Shown here piece after piece: positions 11,608-24,100 of a stretch of DNA of 64,000 bases. How positions within the stretch are numbered: position 1 is the stretch's first letter; each line of letters opens with the position of its first letter. The position numbers and the translations under genes were made by a program. The notes under the pieces were generated by a model. That model was not told where the DNA came from. It ran no database searches and saw only the letters and a list, made by a program, of their open reading frames with translations. Source of the stretch: Neophaeotheca triangularis (lineage: Eukaryota); assembly GCA_054600435.1 (NCBI GenBank), contig BAAIJX010000004.1, forward strand, positions 62,001 to 126,000, read 5' to 3'.

Positions 11608-14300
11608 CTAATCCTCGCTCCCAGTCTCCCCATCCCGACTCCCAACCTCACTCCACGAATCCGGGGTTCGTATGCCGGAACGACTCAACCCCACAGACCT
11701 ATGACCGCCGTCAAAAGCACCAGCACCAGCCAAACTACGAGCACCAGCGTCAAGGTCTTCAAAATCACTATCCTCCTCACCGGTGATGTCGATGACTTCT
11801 ATGGATTCGCTTTCGTTGCCTTCGTCGTCGGTGGTAGGGGCTTGGTTGTCATTGGCGGTACGGCCGGAAGAGGTAGATGCGGGAGCTGAGTCGAAGAGCC
11901 ACGACGCCTCCGTCTCGGTCTCGGTTTCAGTGTCAGTGTTGTTGTGAACTTGAGGATGTGTCTCTGGGTTCGCGAGGTCGGCAGCTTGCTCAAGTGGCTG
12001 AGGGTCCCTCTGAGCGGCCTCGGTAGCCGACTGCGTCCCAGCAGCAGCACCCGAAACCCCTCCGACCGCGGCAGCAACAGCAACAACGGGCGAAGGACCA
12101 CGGCCCGAATGAGCAAGATCATTCACACCCTCGGTGTCAGAGCTCTGCTTGAAAGAAGTCGCAGCAGCGGCATCCGGCTCCCTCTCCCTTTCTTTGATCT
12201 TCTGCTTCTCCCCCCGCTTGATCCTGAACCGCGCACCCGCAACTTCGGGATGGCGCTCCCACGGCGCGCTGAGCGGAGGCGGGACATCGACCAGCGGCTC
12301 TGACTCCTGAGAAAGCGGCTGGGTTTGCGATTGCTGTGAGTTGCCAGCTGTAGCAGCTTCGCGAACAGGGTCGTAACGCCTTCGTGCTAGCGGGACTGGG
12401 TTTTGCTGCTCCTGCTGCGCGTCGTGGCTGGCGAGTCTGGCGCGCGTGAGCTGCGGGGTTAGGTAGTAGAGCTCGTCTTCTTCCTCTTCCACCGGGGCCT
12501 TGGTTTCGTCGGCTTCGTTCCAACCACGTAGCCATGATTCCTGCCCGTGTTGCACAGGCAAAGAGACCGGGGGATCAGGGGTCAGGTCTACCAACGGACC
12601 CTTCTGACTTGAGTCTTCTTGCGCGTTCTTTCCGTTGACAACGTCGCTCTCAGCATGAGCGACGGCGTGCGCGGCTTGCTGGTCATCCATGTCGCGGAGA
12701 CTAGCCTCGATAGCGGCACGAAGGTCGTGATTCGGGAGAGTCCCGTCGGTGTCGCGATTTCGTTGGTGTTGGCGCTGACGGACGGTGGCAGCATTGATGG
12801 GAATTTCAGATTCGGAGAGGGACAGAGCGATGGCTAGTTGTTCCTCGTAGCTCAGATCTTCGGTTCGTGGAACGGAAGGAGCTGATGCGTCGTGGCCAAG
12901 ATTCGATTCAACGGGTGCTGACGGTAGTGCTTTATTGAAGATGGCGCCAATGTCCTTGTCCATTGGGAAGCTCAGATCGCTGCTGCTAGGCTCATCGAGT
13001 GAGACTTTCGGCGGCACCTTTGGTGGCTTCGGCGTGACCGATCGCTCAAGCTCAAACTCATCAGTGAAAGGGTTGGCGAAAGAGCTGCCAGCTTGCCAGG
13101 CCCGGCTGTGGGAATCATCTTCAACAAGCAATGGCTGCATCAAACTCCCTTTCATCTCCCGAACAGGACTCTTTGGCTCCCCCTTCGGTACATCTGGCAA
13201 CTGCAAAGGGGGATCCTCAGCCTCGAAATCTGGCGTCTTCAACTTCCCATCCCCATCAACCATGGTATCGAAAGAAGTAGGGCTCGCCGGAACCTCAGCA
13301 CTTGCATCTCCCCGTCTCCGCCGCAGCCGCATCTCATACATTTCCTGGTTCCTGCGAGCCAAATACTCCCTCCCCAACCGCCTCCTTTCCGCAGCAGCTT
13401 TCTCGCTCCTCTCAACCACAATCCCCTCTCCGGGCGTACTGCCCTCTGACATCTTCCACACCGTAGCCCTACTCATAGCCCCAGAAGCAACATCCCTCCC
13501 CGTGGCACTAGCAGCAGCGTGCGTGCTGCCCTCCGCTTCCCTCCTCAAGCCGGCATCAGTAGCCGGTGTCCGGCCTTCGAAAGCGAAAGCCTCGGCCTGT
13601 CGTCGTAGCTGCGGATCCAGCTCTTCGCCAATACTCCTCAACAACTCGGCGATCCTGCGACGCTGTTCCTCGATCCAAGCTTGGAGGGGAGGAGACTCGT
13701 AGATGGCGATGCCGAGGGTAGTTATGAGGGTGAGGGTGAGGAGGATGCCTAGATACCAACAATTGTAAGTGTCAGCTAGATTGTAATTGACTGGTGGAGG
13801 TAAGTGTGACGGTGACGGCGGGTCCTTCGGAGTGGTAACGGCCTCGTACCACAAACCGGCCTCCGAGTCGATAGCAGTGCAGAGTCCCTCGACAGCAAAG
13901 TCCACACGAAGGGCGTGGGCCACGCTGCCATTTCTCGAGAGGAATTAACAGGTCCCAGCCACAATATCGTAGAAAACCCCAGCGCAAGTCGTCTTATTCT
14001 CGATCCAGTTAAGCTCGGAACATTTGCAGAGAGGCTCATGAAGACTTGCTTGACAAACGGCAATCTTCTCCCCAAAGAAGTCGACATAGGCCTCAGCAAC
14101 AACATCTCCGTTCCTCCAGATTTCGTGCTCGTAAGAAGCAGCATCCGACAGAAAGATAACTTCAACGTAGAAGCTGCCGTCCGGGCTCGGGACATGTACG
14201 TGTTGTATAGACCAGGACCAGGACCAGAATCATAACCCGGATGAGGAGGAAGAGAAGGGCATAACGAAAGCATACCTTTAACCACTGCAGGCGCCGGCAT
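11608..14300 (-). CDS. Membrane-anchored protein with ubiquitin-interacting motifs (UIM)
   Basis: Exon 1 14300-14276 (MPAPAVVK+G), 527-nt intron 14275-13749 (GTATGC..GCTGAC..TAG), exon 2 13748-11608. Hydrophobic GILLTLTLITTLGIAIY near the N-terminus. UIM-like SYEEQLAIALSLSE and DLRAAIEASLRD. Confidence 0.75.
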
Positions 14301-15166
14301 TTTACCAACCAGTCACCACACTTGATACGCAACTTTCTTTACTCTCCTTCGGCAAAAGAAAGAAACCACAGCCCCCGAGTATCTAATGCCTCACTTCAAC
14401 TTCTCCACCGGTTCGCGCAGTGCGACCAAGACCAAGGCAGGGCCGCAGACCGGTCCACGTAGGTAGGTAGGAGGAAGACGGTAGATAAGTAGGTTAAATA
14501 CAAAGTGTAGCAAAAGGAAGGAGTTGTAGGTACTTGGAAGCAGGTAACGTTAGTTATTGGGGAGAGGTGGAGGTCAGCAATACCCGTGGACGTTATTAGT
14601 CTCGTCGCCACCGACAAGGCAGCAGGACTGACGAGACTCGAGGTCCTGATAACGTTACTTGATACCTGAGGTACCTACCTTACCTTACCTAACCTTACCT
14701 AACCTAGTGGCGGCGGCGGAAAGTGTGGGGTAGCTAGGTAGCTTGGAAGGGCTGACGAACCGGTTATCGCCTGGCGCTAGATAGGGTAGGGAGGGAAGCT
14801 TGGTATGGCGCAGTGCGCAGTTTATCTGCCCTAGACATGCAAGACGGGAGTCGATATTTCAACATGTCAAGGTATGTGTAAATGGCAAAGAGGGTTTTGG
14901 TGACTGCGAACGGGTATCAATGAAATTCCGCCTACACGACGATCGAAACTACTTCTACCAGAACGGAGGAGGGCAAGTTGTAGAGACAAGCGCTTCGTAC
15001 ACTCCAGCAAAGAAGGTAGGGCAATGCCATAGTCCCTCTGCACTCGCTCTCTTCGTAAAAATCCACGCGCTCAAAAGGAACACAGCACCATCCAACACGC
15101 ACTCTCCCCACTCATTCAAACCTGCCACCCTTCCCGCATCACCTACACTCTCACTCACTCACTCAC

Positions 15167-16184
15167 TCACTGTCCCGCAGCCTCCTCCCTAGCCTTCCGA
15201 TACCCACTCTCCTGCTCCGTCTGCAAATCCTCAATACTCTTGCCAACCTCCTCCAGCACCTCGGCAGCCTGCCTATGGTACTCCTGCTGCGCAAGCACCA
15301 ACTCCTTCAGATTCCTCAGCGGCTCGGGCGTATCCAGCACATTGCGCATGACACTAGTAGCCTCATCGACCTTCTCGACAAAGACGTCCTCGGCAGCCTC
15401 GATTTTCTCGCGCTGCTGCTTAGTGAAAGACTCCTCGTGGCGGCCGCCGGCGACAGCAGCGCCCTTGGCGGCGTCGAGGGAAAGACGCGCGTTGCCGACG
15501 GCGGTGCGAGCACGGTCGGCCGCTTTCAGGGACGTGTTGAGCGTCGTCATCCAGCCTGCGAGGAAGCGGCCTTGGATCTTCTCGTCTTGCTCTAGGCGCG
15601 AGCTGCCCACTTTCTCTTGCGCAATGGCGTACTTTTCGAGAGCTTGCGCGAGCGGGTCCGGCTCCGTGCTGCCTTGAGGCGTGGCCATCGAGATGTCTTG
15701 GGAGCCTGCGAGAGCTGCGCGCGCAATGGCGTGGGAGAAGGTCTTGGGTTGCGGTTTCGCGGACGGTGGGGCTGTGAGGGCTGCTTGGGCTTCGGCGGCC
15801 GACGAGGCTGTGGAGAGGAGGTTCACCTTGTGGGGGTGTGTGTGTCAGTAGGTCATGTCGTGGGGCTGTCTGTTGTCGCTAGGCGGTCGTAAGCGGCGCT
15901 GTGTATACCTTCTCTCCAATACTCTTCCCCAGATCTTGAAAGCTCTCGCGCACATTGGGAGGGTAGTCGTAAGCTTCATTGGCATACTGGCTGGTCGCGG
16001 CCAGCAGTTTTTGGTGCGTCAATTTGAGGGCATCGATGCGCGTCTCGAGCTCAATATAGTCGTGAGGGAGTTCGGTCTTCTCGGTCGCATTGCCGAACTG
16101 CTCTTTGAGAAATTGTTGCGAGCGGTTGGCAAAGGGCGTCACGCTGTTGGAGACTTGGTTGGTGAAGGCGCGGAACTGGTCCAT
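15167..16184 (-). CDS. BAR-domain protein, Gvp36-like
   Basis: Exons 16184-15909 and 15826-15167, intron 15908-15827 (GTATAC..CTGAC..AAG). TELPHDYIELETRIDALK...YANEAYDYPPN and helical BAR segments. Confidence 0.85.
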
Positions 16185-16775
16185 GGTTCGGGGCTTATAG
16201 GGATCTCGGCTAGTGGGTGGTTGTGTCGGGAGCTGTAGGCTGTCGGGGAATGTTTCAAATGCTTCTGGGTTTTGTTGCCTGAGACTGTGTGGAAGGTGGA
16301 GTGGTTGTGTTTGGAGGGGAGGAGTGGGCGATCCAAGTAAGGTTAGGGTTACACGCGCGACGACCTTGAAGCTCGGACGCGTATCTGAAAGCTACGCCCC
16401 ACTCTTACACGTGACACTGGGGGCCAATGAAAGCAATATCATGCTCGTTTCAAGCCTCGTCGCTGCTAGGAACCAATGCACAAGATGTCTTTGCCCGACG
16501 CAGTTGTGGCTACGATACAATTATAGACAGCGTACGTCTCGCGCTCCATCCTTCGCATTGCCATCACCACGACCACCACCCGCCGCCGCTATGGCGCAAA
16601 TACCCATCATGTCCCCAGAACAACCGATCACACAGACCGATTGAAAACCTACAAAGCCAGCGAGCAAGTGTACATTCACCACCTCCAGCTGCTCAGGGCA
16701 CAGCTCCGACCTCCTGCAGACGCCCACCGACCCCGAAAAAAAAAGGCCCAACTCTCAAAGAAGTGGAGAGCAGAC

Positions 16776-19700
16776 CTAAGTATAAGACCGCATAGCCTCA
16801 ACATACCCAACCCCGCCCTTGAGATCCCGATCAAAGCTCTGCTGCACATCCAGCACGCGAGTGATGTGCTGGATAGTAAGCTGGGACTTCTCATTGAGAG
16901 CCAGAGCTTGCGCGGTGCGGACGGCGTTTTTGATCTGCGAGAAATCGATAGATTTTAGCAAAACACGTTCCACTCCAGTCCGCCACCTTTACTATTTTAG
17001 CGGTGTGAAAAACAAGCGAAGAAAACTCACCTGCCGCCCATTAAGAGCATGTCGTCCCAAACCCTCCAAATCCCTCTCCCCAATCTCCCCAACCTCGCAC
17101 GCACCCTGCTTGCCCACCATGGCGAGAAACTGCTTCCAAACCGTCTTCCTCGCCTTGACAGTCAACTCGCCATACCTGAGTGCAACATGAATGCGACTCT
17201 GGAAGGCATCATCAAAAGTCTCAACCCTGTTGGTGGTCAAAAACAAAATCCCCTGGAAATACTCTAGCAAGCGCAGGAAGATGGAGACAAGAGCGTTGCG
17301 GTGGATGTCGTGGACTTCACGCTTCTCGAGAAATACATCGGCCTCGTCAAGGAGGAGCACGGCGCCCCAGGAGTGTGCGATGTCGAGGATTTTCTGCAGT
17401 TCGTATTCGAGCTTAGCGGGGTCGGTGCCTAGTTCGCCGGCGGAGACCATATACAAAGGACAGCGAAGCAGCTCGGAGATCCCCTCGGCTGTGAGGGTTT
17501 TGCCTGTGCCTGTGGAGTTGGTGGGGTTAGAGAAGGACGTTGGGAGGGGAGACGATTTTCGAGGGGTGAGGGTTTACCTGGCGGACCATGAAGAACGCTG
17601 ACTAGGCCTTTGCCCTTGCCCTGAACCACGTCGTCGATGGTCTTGGCGGCGTGGAATTTGTGACCCTCGACCAGCGCCCTTACTATAGACTTTTGGTTCG
17701 GAGGCAGCACGAGCGAGTCGAAAGCTTGATCGTTGTAGGTGATGTCATGAACGCCGGAGACGGTGAATTCAAGCCAAAGCTTCTCGGAAAAGGCGAAACC
17801 GTAAACAACGCTGGTGGCGAGGAGAAGCTGCTCGTCGGTGAAGTCATCGATGCTCTGTTTGCTCGAGTCTCCGCCGTTTTCGAGCTGTTCGACGTTGTTG
17901 GTGCGGATGGGGTCGCCGTTTTCGTCGACTTCGACGGGCAAGTAATCCACAATACCGTCTTCAGCTTCGACGAGCTTGAGTTTTGTTCTAGGCTTGTCGG
18001 ACTCGAAGGGATCCTGCTGGAGCTGCTGGCCGGAGAGATCTTGCTCTTCGTCCGAGTCTGAGCCGCAACACCCACAGTCCGAGTTGTCGTCGGAGTCGTC
18101 ATCGCTGATGAGGTCGTCGCCTTCGTGGGGCTTGATGAGGCTGATGCTGTAGTTTGGGTTGATACGGCGGAAAGTGGCCGGATCGACCATCATGCGGCCG
18201 TTGATGTTGATCTTCAGCACTGTCTTCTTCTTCTTCATGAACGCCATGCCCTTGTGAAAGCGGTAGTTCATGCCTTGAAGCTGCACAAACTTGCGACCGC
18301 GCTCAATGATTTGCTGCTTGATTGCACCAGGGTCCTTGTGGTAGCGAAGGGGAAAGGTGTTGAGACTGGTTATCTTGCGTGGTCCCTTGAAAGCATCCAC
18401 CTCGCCCTCAAAATCGCCCATTCCAAAGACCTTGCCGTCGTATTCAAAGTACTTGCCCTCGATGGCGTAGTAATCTCTCTGCATCGTCTGATATCTGTTT
18501 GCCATGTCGACCTTGAAACAGCGATGCTCGTCCCAAACGCCATAGCTGCTGGTAATGGCAACCTCATTTGGCTTGAAGAGGGCCCAGAGAAGCTCGTAGG
18601 TGATGTTGCCGGCCGCGAGTAAGGGGAATAGTGTTTTCTTGATTTGGGCATAGTCTTCGTCAAGAAACTCGACAAGTGTCTTGCCAAGAGCTCGCTGAAG
18701 CTTGAGCTGCTTGATGACCTTCTTCTTCTTCTCGACCTCGATTCTAGCTTTGAGCACCTTCTTATAATGCGTACGAAGTTCTTCAAGGTAGAGGAAAAGC
18801 GTGTTGGGATCGATTGCTGGTTCTTCCGCCTCGAGGCTGACGCTTTTACAGTCCTTCATGATCTCCTGGAGGACTGTTCGCAGAGCAACATGCCTTATGT
18901 CGATGGTGGTATCGCGGTATTTGTTCTCGCCATCGAAGCGGCGACGCACTAGAAAGGCATAGTCGTCAAAAGCCGATTGATCGTCCTCGGTACTTTCCCT
19001 GAGCTCGTAGCGGAACTGGGTATTTGACCAGACCTGGTCTACACGTTGGTATCCGGGAGTCTTGCCCTTCTTTGCCTCCTTTTTGTCGGCTTTTGGGGAT
19101 TTGGCCACTTGTGAACGCTTCTTCTTCCTGGCCTGCTTCTCCGCCAATTTCGCCTTGAGCTCTTCTATCTGCTCAGCCAACGTACTCTCGCTTGTCTCGT
19201 CGCCGGGAGATGATGTGTCCTCGGAGTCTGAAGCGGACTGCGCAGCCTTTTTCGCCTTCTTCTGTTTCTTCCCCTTTTTGGCCGTCTTCTTCTTGCGTTT
19301 TGAAGCCTCGTCGTCGGAACCGTTGTCGGAGTCTTGTTTGGCAGGCTTGCTCTTTTTCTTCTTGTTGCGTTCGGGAGCCTCGCTCTCCGAGCTATCATCG
19401 GAGTCTTGCTTGGCGGGCTGCTTGCCCTTTTTCTTGCTACGTTTAGGCGTCTCGTCCTCCGAGCTGTCATCGGAGTCCTGCTTGGCCTTCTTGCCGATCT
19501 TCTTCCTGGAATGCTTCTTCTCACTCTTCCGCACTGGCTCCGAGTCACTCTTGTCATCGTCACTCTCAGACTCATCTTCAGACTCCTCACTACTCGTTTC
19601 GTTAGATTCGCTTTTGGTACCCCGTTTCCCGGCCTTCTTCTCGCATTTTTTCTTGGAAGTCCTTACGCCGTTCGCTGTTTTCCGACGGGTGCTCCGTTTG

Positions 19701-20017
19701 GAAGACTCTTCGCCTGTTAATGACTCGGAGCCGGATGTGCTGGAATCTTCTTCCGCCTCATCGCCCCGAGCTGCACCAGGAGCTCGCCGAACCCGGGCTT
19801 TGGCATTTTTGCGGGACTTTCTGGTCGTTTTGGGTTTTGTGGGGCTGTTGTGATCCGGTTTGCTGCACTTCAACTTTTTGGGGGAAGGTGTGGGTGCGGG
19901 AGTAGGATTGTCTGATATCTGTTGCTCAGACTTGATGGTAGAAGTCTGGTCTGAGTCTAGGCGATCGGTCTGACCGTTGGTCTGGCTGAGAGCTTTTGAG
20001 TCGTCGCTTTCGACCAT
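16776..20017 (-). CDS. Fungal AAA+ ATPase with long charged N-terminal region
   Basis: Introns 17577-17510 and 17030-16935. Splicing restores Walker A HGPPGTGKTLTAE. Walker B LLLDEAD, FLRLLEYFQGILFLTTNR and LNGRQIKNAVRTA are also present. Confidence 0.92.
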
Positions 20018-21160
20018 GCTGTTGAGTTTGAGGTTCCTTGGGAAGACGGCACAGGTGCTGGAAGGGACGTGTGATGTAAGTGAAAAGAGGGCAGAGGATG
20101 GGTGCCAGTACTAGTAGGAGTTGAAGGGGTGGGAATACTATTAGAGCGTCCACTCATGAAGCCAGCTTTGCGTTGCTACTTCCAGCTAACGATAGAGGTG
20201 TCACAAAGGCTTGAGAGGTGACTACAGAAGGGTTAGAAGTCTTTGTAGTGTGTTGTGCGTGACCAGCTTAAAAGGTCAGGTGGGGATACGAAAGTGAAGG
20301 GGGAAGGAAAGTCATGAGCATAGCGACATTAAGGTAGGTATGCTTGCTTATATGTACTCACGCGCATGCCGTGGCTCTGTACTTGCAGCCTGCATGTAAT
20401 AAGGCTGAGGCGGAGCTTGTTGCCTACCAAAGTGCTCCAGCTCTCTCGTTAGAGGAATGACGGGACGGGTGCAATTGGCCGAGGACAAAGGTGCTATGAG
20501 TCGGAAACTGTACGAGTCGAAAGCCCAACCAGTAGATGCATGTGTGCCTAGGTATCTATCTAGGTGAGTGCGGCGTCCAAGTCGTCCACGGGTCGTTGTG
20601 ATGCCGGCCCCAACATGGAAGGGCGGGCAGCGGCGGGGTCACCTCTCCGGACGCCACGGCCACGCGCAGCAGTGACGGTAAGCCGTAACGCGCAATGAGG
20701 TGAGCTGCCTGAGATGTTCACCGGTTGTGCGGGAACCTGGAAGGAAAGGCAAGGGCAGGCAAGGCTCCAGTCAGGTGTTTACGTAGTAGGTTATGGTTGT
20801 TGATCAACTCCATGAGAAATCAATCCGTTTGTAGTTCTTTTCAGTGGTTGAGACAAGAAGCGAAGACGATTCACCGATGTATAGTACGTTCCTTAGCAGT
20901 ACAAGCAGTTCACTGGAGACGCGCTAGTAAACAGCCGATGACGGTCCCGACATATGAGTTCGGGAGATTCTCGGCCTTCACATGCTTGGAGGCGGAACTT
21001 GGGAACATCAAGTCTAGGTAGTACATTGGATAGTCGTGTAGGGTTCTATTACGGAGCACACGACGAATAGTTCGCTCATCGCCTCAGTCAAGTCGCCAAC
21101 GACAAGACAATATGACTTGTTGCTGCCCTACGCGCCACATCTTCGAGAAGCGGCAGAGTA

Positions 21161-24100
21161 ATGGACTCGGAAAGCTTCACGGGGGAGCCTTTGGGCCCAT
21201 CCGGGGGCTTCAATTGGGTCTTCCTGGTTGAGTTGGTTGTATGCGCCATTCTGGCCGTCTTCTTTCTGTTTTACTTCAACCGGCTCTTTGCGACTCTCGT
21301 GTCCTATGGGGTGCGCGCCTTTACCTGGCACAAATATCGAGCCTACATCGATATCACGGCACTGCAGATCAGTCTGCTGGGTGGTAGGCTCTTTTTCAAG
21401 AGTTTGAGTTATCAGGCGCACAATGAGACGGTGCTGGTGCATGATGGGCACATCACGTGGAGATACTGGCTGCCTGTTGTCAAGGAGGCCGAGATCTTCA
21501 AAGAGCAGGATGGGAAGCAGGCAAAAAGGGGACGAAAGCAAGAGGCGTCGGGCAGCGACAGAAGTGACAAGAACGTGGACGAAAAGGCCGGGTCAGAGGA
21601 CGGTTCGAGATCTGAGAGCCCTGGGAGAGCAGAAAATGCTGGGCAGAAGCCAAAGAAGGAACTTCCGTGCAGGATATCGATCAAAGTGTCTGGCGTAGAG
21701 GCGTTCATATACAACAACAGTTTATCCTACGACGCCGTCGCCAATGCAACCAAGGCTCATGCTCAGCGCCAGAACTCGGGTTCGAGTGATGATCAAGCGT
21801 CCAGCGAGGATCAGGACTCTTCGTCCGCCTCCGAGAAAGAGAAAATATTCCCCAAGGTTTCCAAAACCGCCACGCAGCACACTGAAGGAACGGAGAAGTC
21901 GGACAATCTCAACACCACCCCAAGTCCGAGTCAAGAGCCCAGTAAGAAAGCCAATATTCCAGCCTGGTTGCGGATGCTCCCCATCAAGATTGAATGCAAG
22001 AAAGCTGCCGCCGCTGTGGGCAACGAACACACCACCAGCGTAATTACCGCGAAGCTTGAGCACGCAGTCGGGACCGTTGACGCCAGCTCTTCCAACCCAC
22101 TTGATCTCTACAAGCTGCTTTTGGCATTCGACTTCGAAAAGATCAACGTTCAAATGAGGCCGAACAGAGACTTTAAGCAGAAACAACTCGATTCAGCTCA
22201 GCGGGTACTGCAAGAGCGCGAAACCCAGGAACCCCCGAACGATGGCTTCAATGTCCGTCCCATCCAGCGAGCACGATCGATCTGGCTCGCCTTGACCAAG
22301 TCTTTCTCTTTTCGAAAAAAATCCAGTGGCTCGGTCCGCACGGCTTCATACACCTCTTCTGGTCCAAAGGGTGATAAGGACCTCAAGCATCGAGTAGAGG
22401 ACCAACAACCGGGCAATGCGCCGTGGCACGGTCTTACACGCTATCTGGATGACAACGATGTCAATGAGCACGAAGAGTGGGATCCGGTCGAGTATGCGAG
22501 ATGCTCGACTATTGTGGACTGTGAGCGAGTTGGGATGTGTTTTCACTTCGACATGCCCGGTACAGTGCCACCGGTTATTGAAGACCCCGAGATGCTCGCA
22601 GATGGCATTTATGAAGACGACATGAACGGCGCAAAGCCTCCAGATTACGGCCTTGACCTGTACGTGCATGGTGGCACCGTCACCTACGGACCGTGGGCGG
22701 ACAGGCAGAGGCTGGTTCTGCAATCCGTCTTCTTTCCGCAGACCTTCGTCGATGCCAAGCGTCCTGAGCGCCTAAAAGTAGGCGACACCAGAGTTGCAAC
22801 GGTTATGAAGATTTTCGTCTCTGTCGAAGAAGATGTCGTGCTTCGTATACCAACCCGCGAGCCGTCAAAGGACTTCAAGTGGAAGGGTCGGTCGAAAATG
22901 GGCATGACCGACGAGGATGAGCACGGCAACCAGGGCAAAGGTCGTAGCAAACATGGACGAAAGTTCAACAAACGCCTCCGGAAAGGGAAGACTGGTCCAT
23001 CTGGTGCCGACATTAGGCCATACGCTTGGCTCGATATCAAGGTGGAGAAGGACACCGTAGTCAACTATACCATGGACTACTTCATACGAAAGGACTCCTA
23101 CGTCAACAAGCTAGATATCGACTGCAAAGGCCTTGAAATGAACTCGAGCGTTAATCACGGCCTTCTTTGGAGGTCAGGCCCGTTGAGCCTAGAAGCCGAT
23201 TTGTCCATGGCGGAAACATGGAATACGCTTCGCCGCTGGCCTTTCAAAATTGTCGTCGACGATATGAGGCTTTTCATCCTGCGCGACCACTTCTTCCTCA
23301 TCATCGACATCGTCAACGACTGGTCTTCTGGGCCAATGCCCGATTTTTTCACATTCGTCCCTTACCTCTACAAGATGGATCTCACGCTCAACAACTGGAT
23401 CATGTATCTTAACACTAACGACGCCAACATCATCAATGACCCTGCTGATTTTGATGGAAACGACTATCTCACGCTCGAGGGCAAAATCCTGGCAGCCGTA
23501 TTGGACATTCCGCAGCAAACCTACAGGCCTTTGCGCAATCAAATTGGCTTTGACTGCCTCTGTACAGACATGTCAATGCGGATGCTGAACTCCTCCAGAA
23601 ACACTCTGCGTACACTGCTACATGATAAGCTGGTGGCCACCTTACCGAGGTTAACTCTCAAAGGGTCTTTCAACTCTAACATGGAAGTGGGCGAGGGTCT
23701 GGTGGACTGCCTACGCATGGACCTCGTAGGCACGGGGCTTGATTTGAAGGCTTACGGCTACCTTGTTGGAAAGCATTTCATCAATGTCAAGGAAAACTAC
23801 TTCGGCGACTACATCCACTTCAAAACATTGGAGGAATTTCAAAATGCTGCAGACGACTTCCAGACGGCGAATGAAAAGACTGCGTTTGCGAATGAGCCCA
23901 AAGCCAAGGATGGCAACGAGTTGGATGTCATACTGTGCATCGTGGCGGAGGATGCTTCCGTCCTGGCACCTACCAATCTTTACTCGATGAGAGAGCATGT
24001 CAGGGCCGAATTACCGTACGGTGCGATTGACATCAGAATCAACAGCTACTATTTCGATATGGCTATCAACATGTCACCGATCAGCATACTGTCTGGGTCG

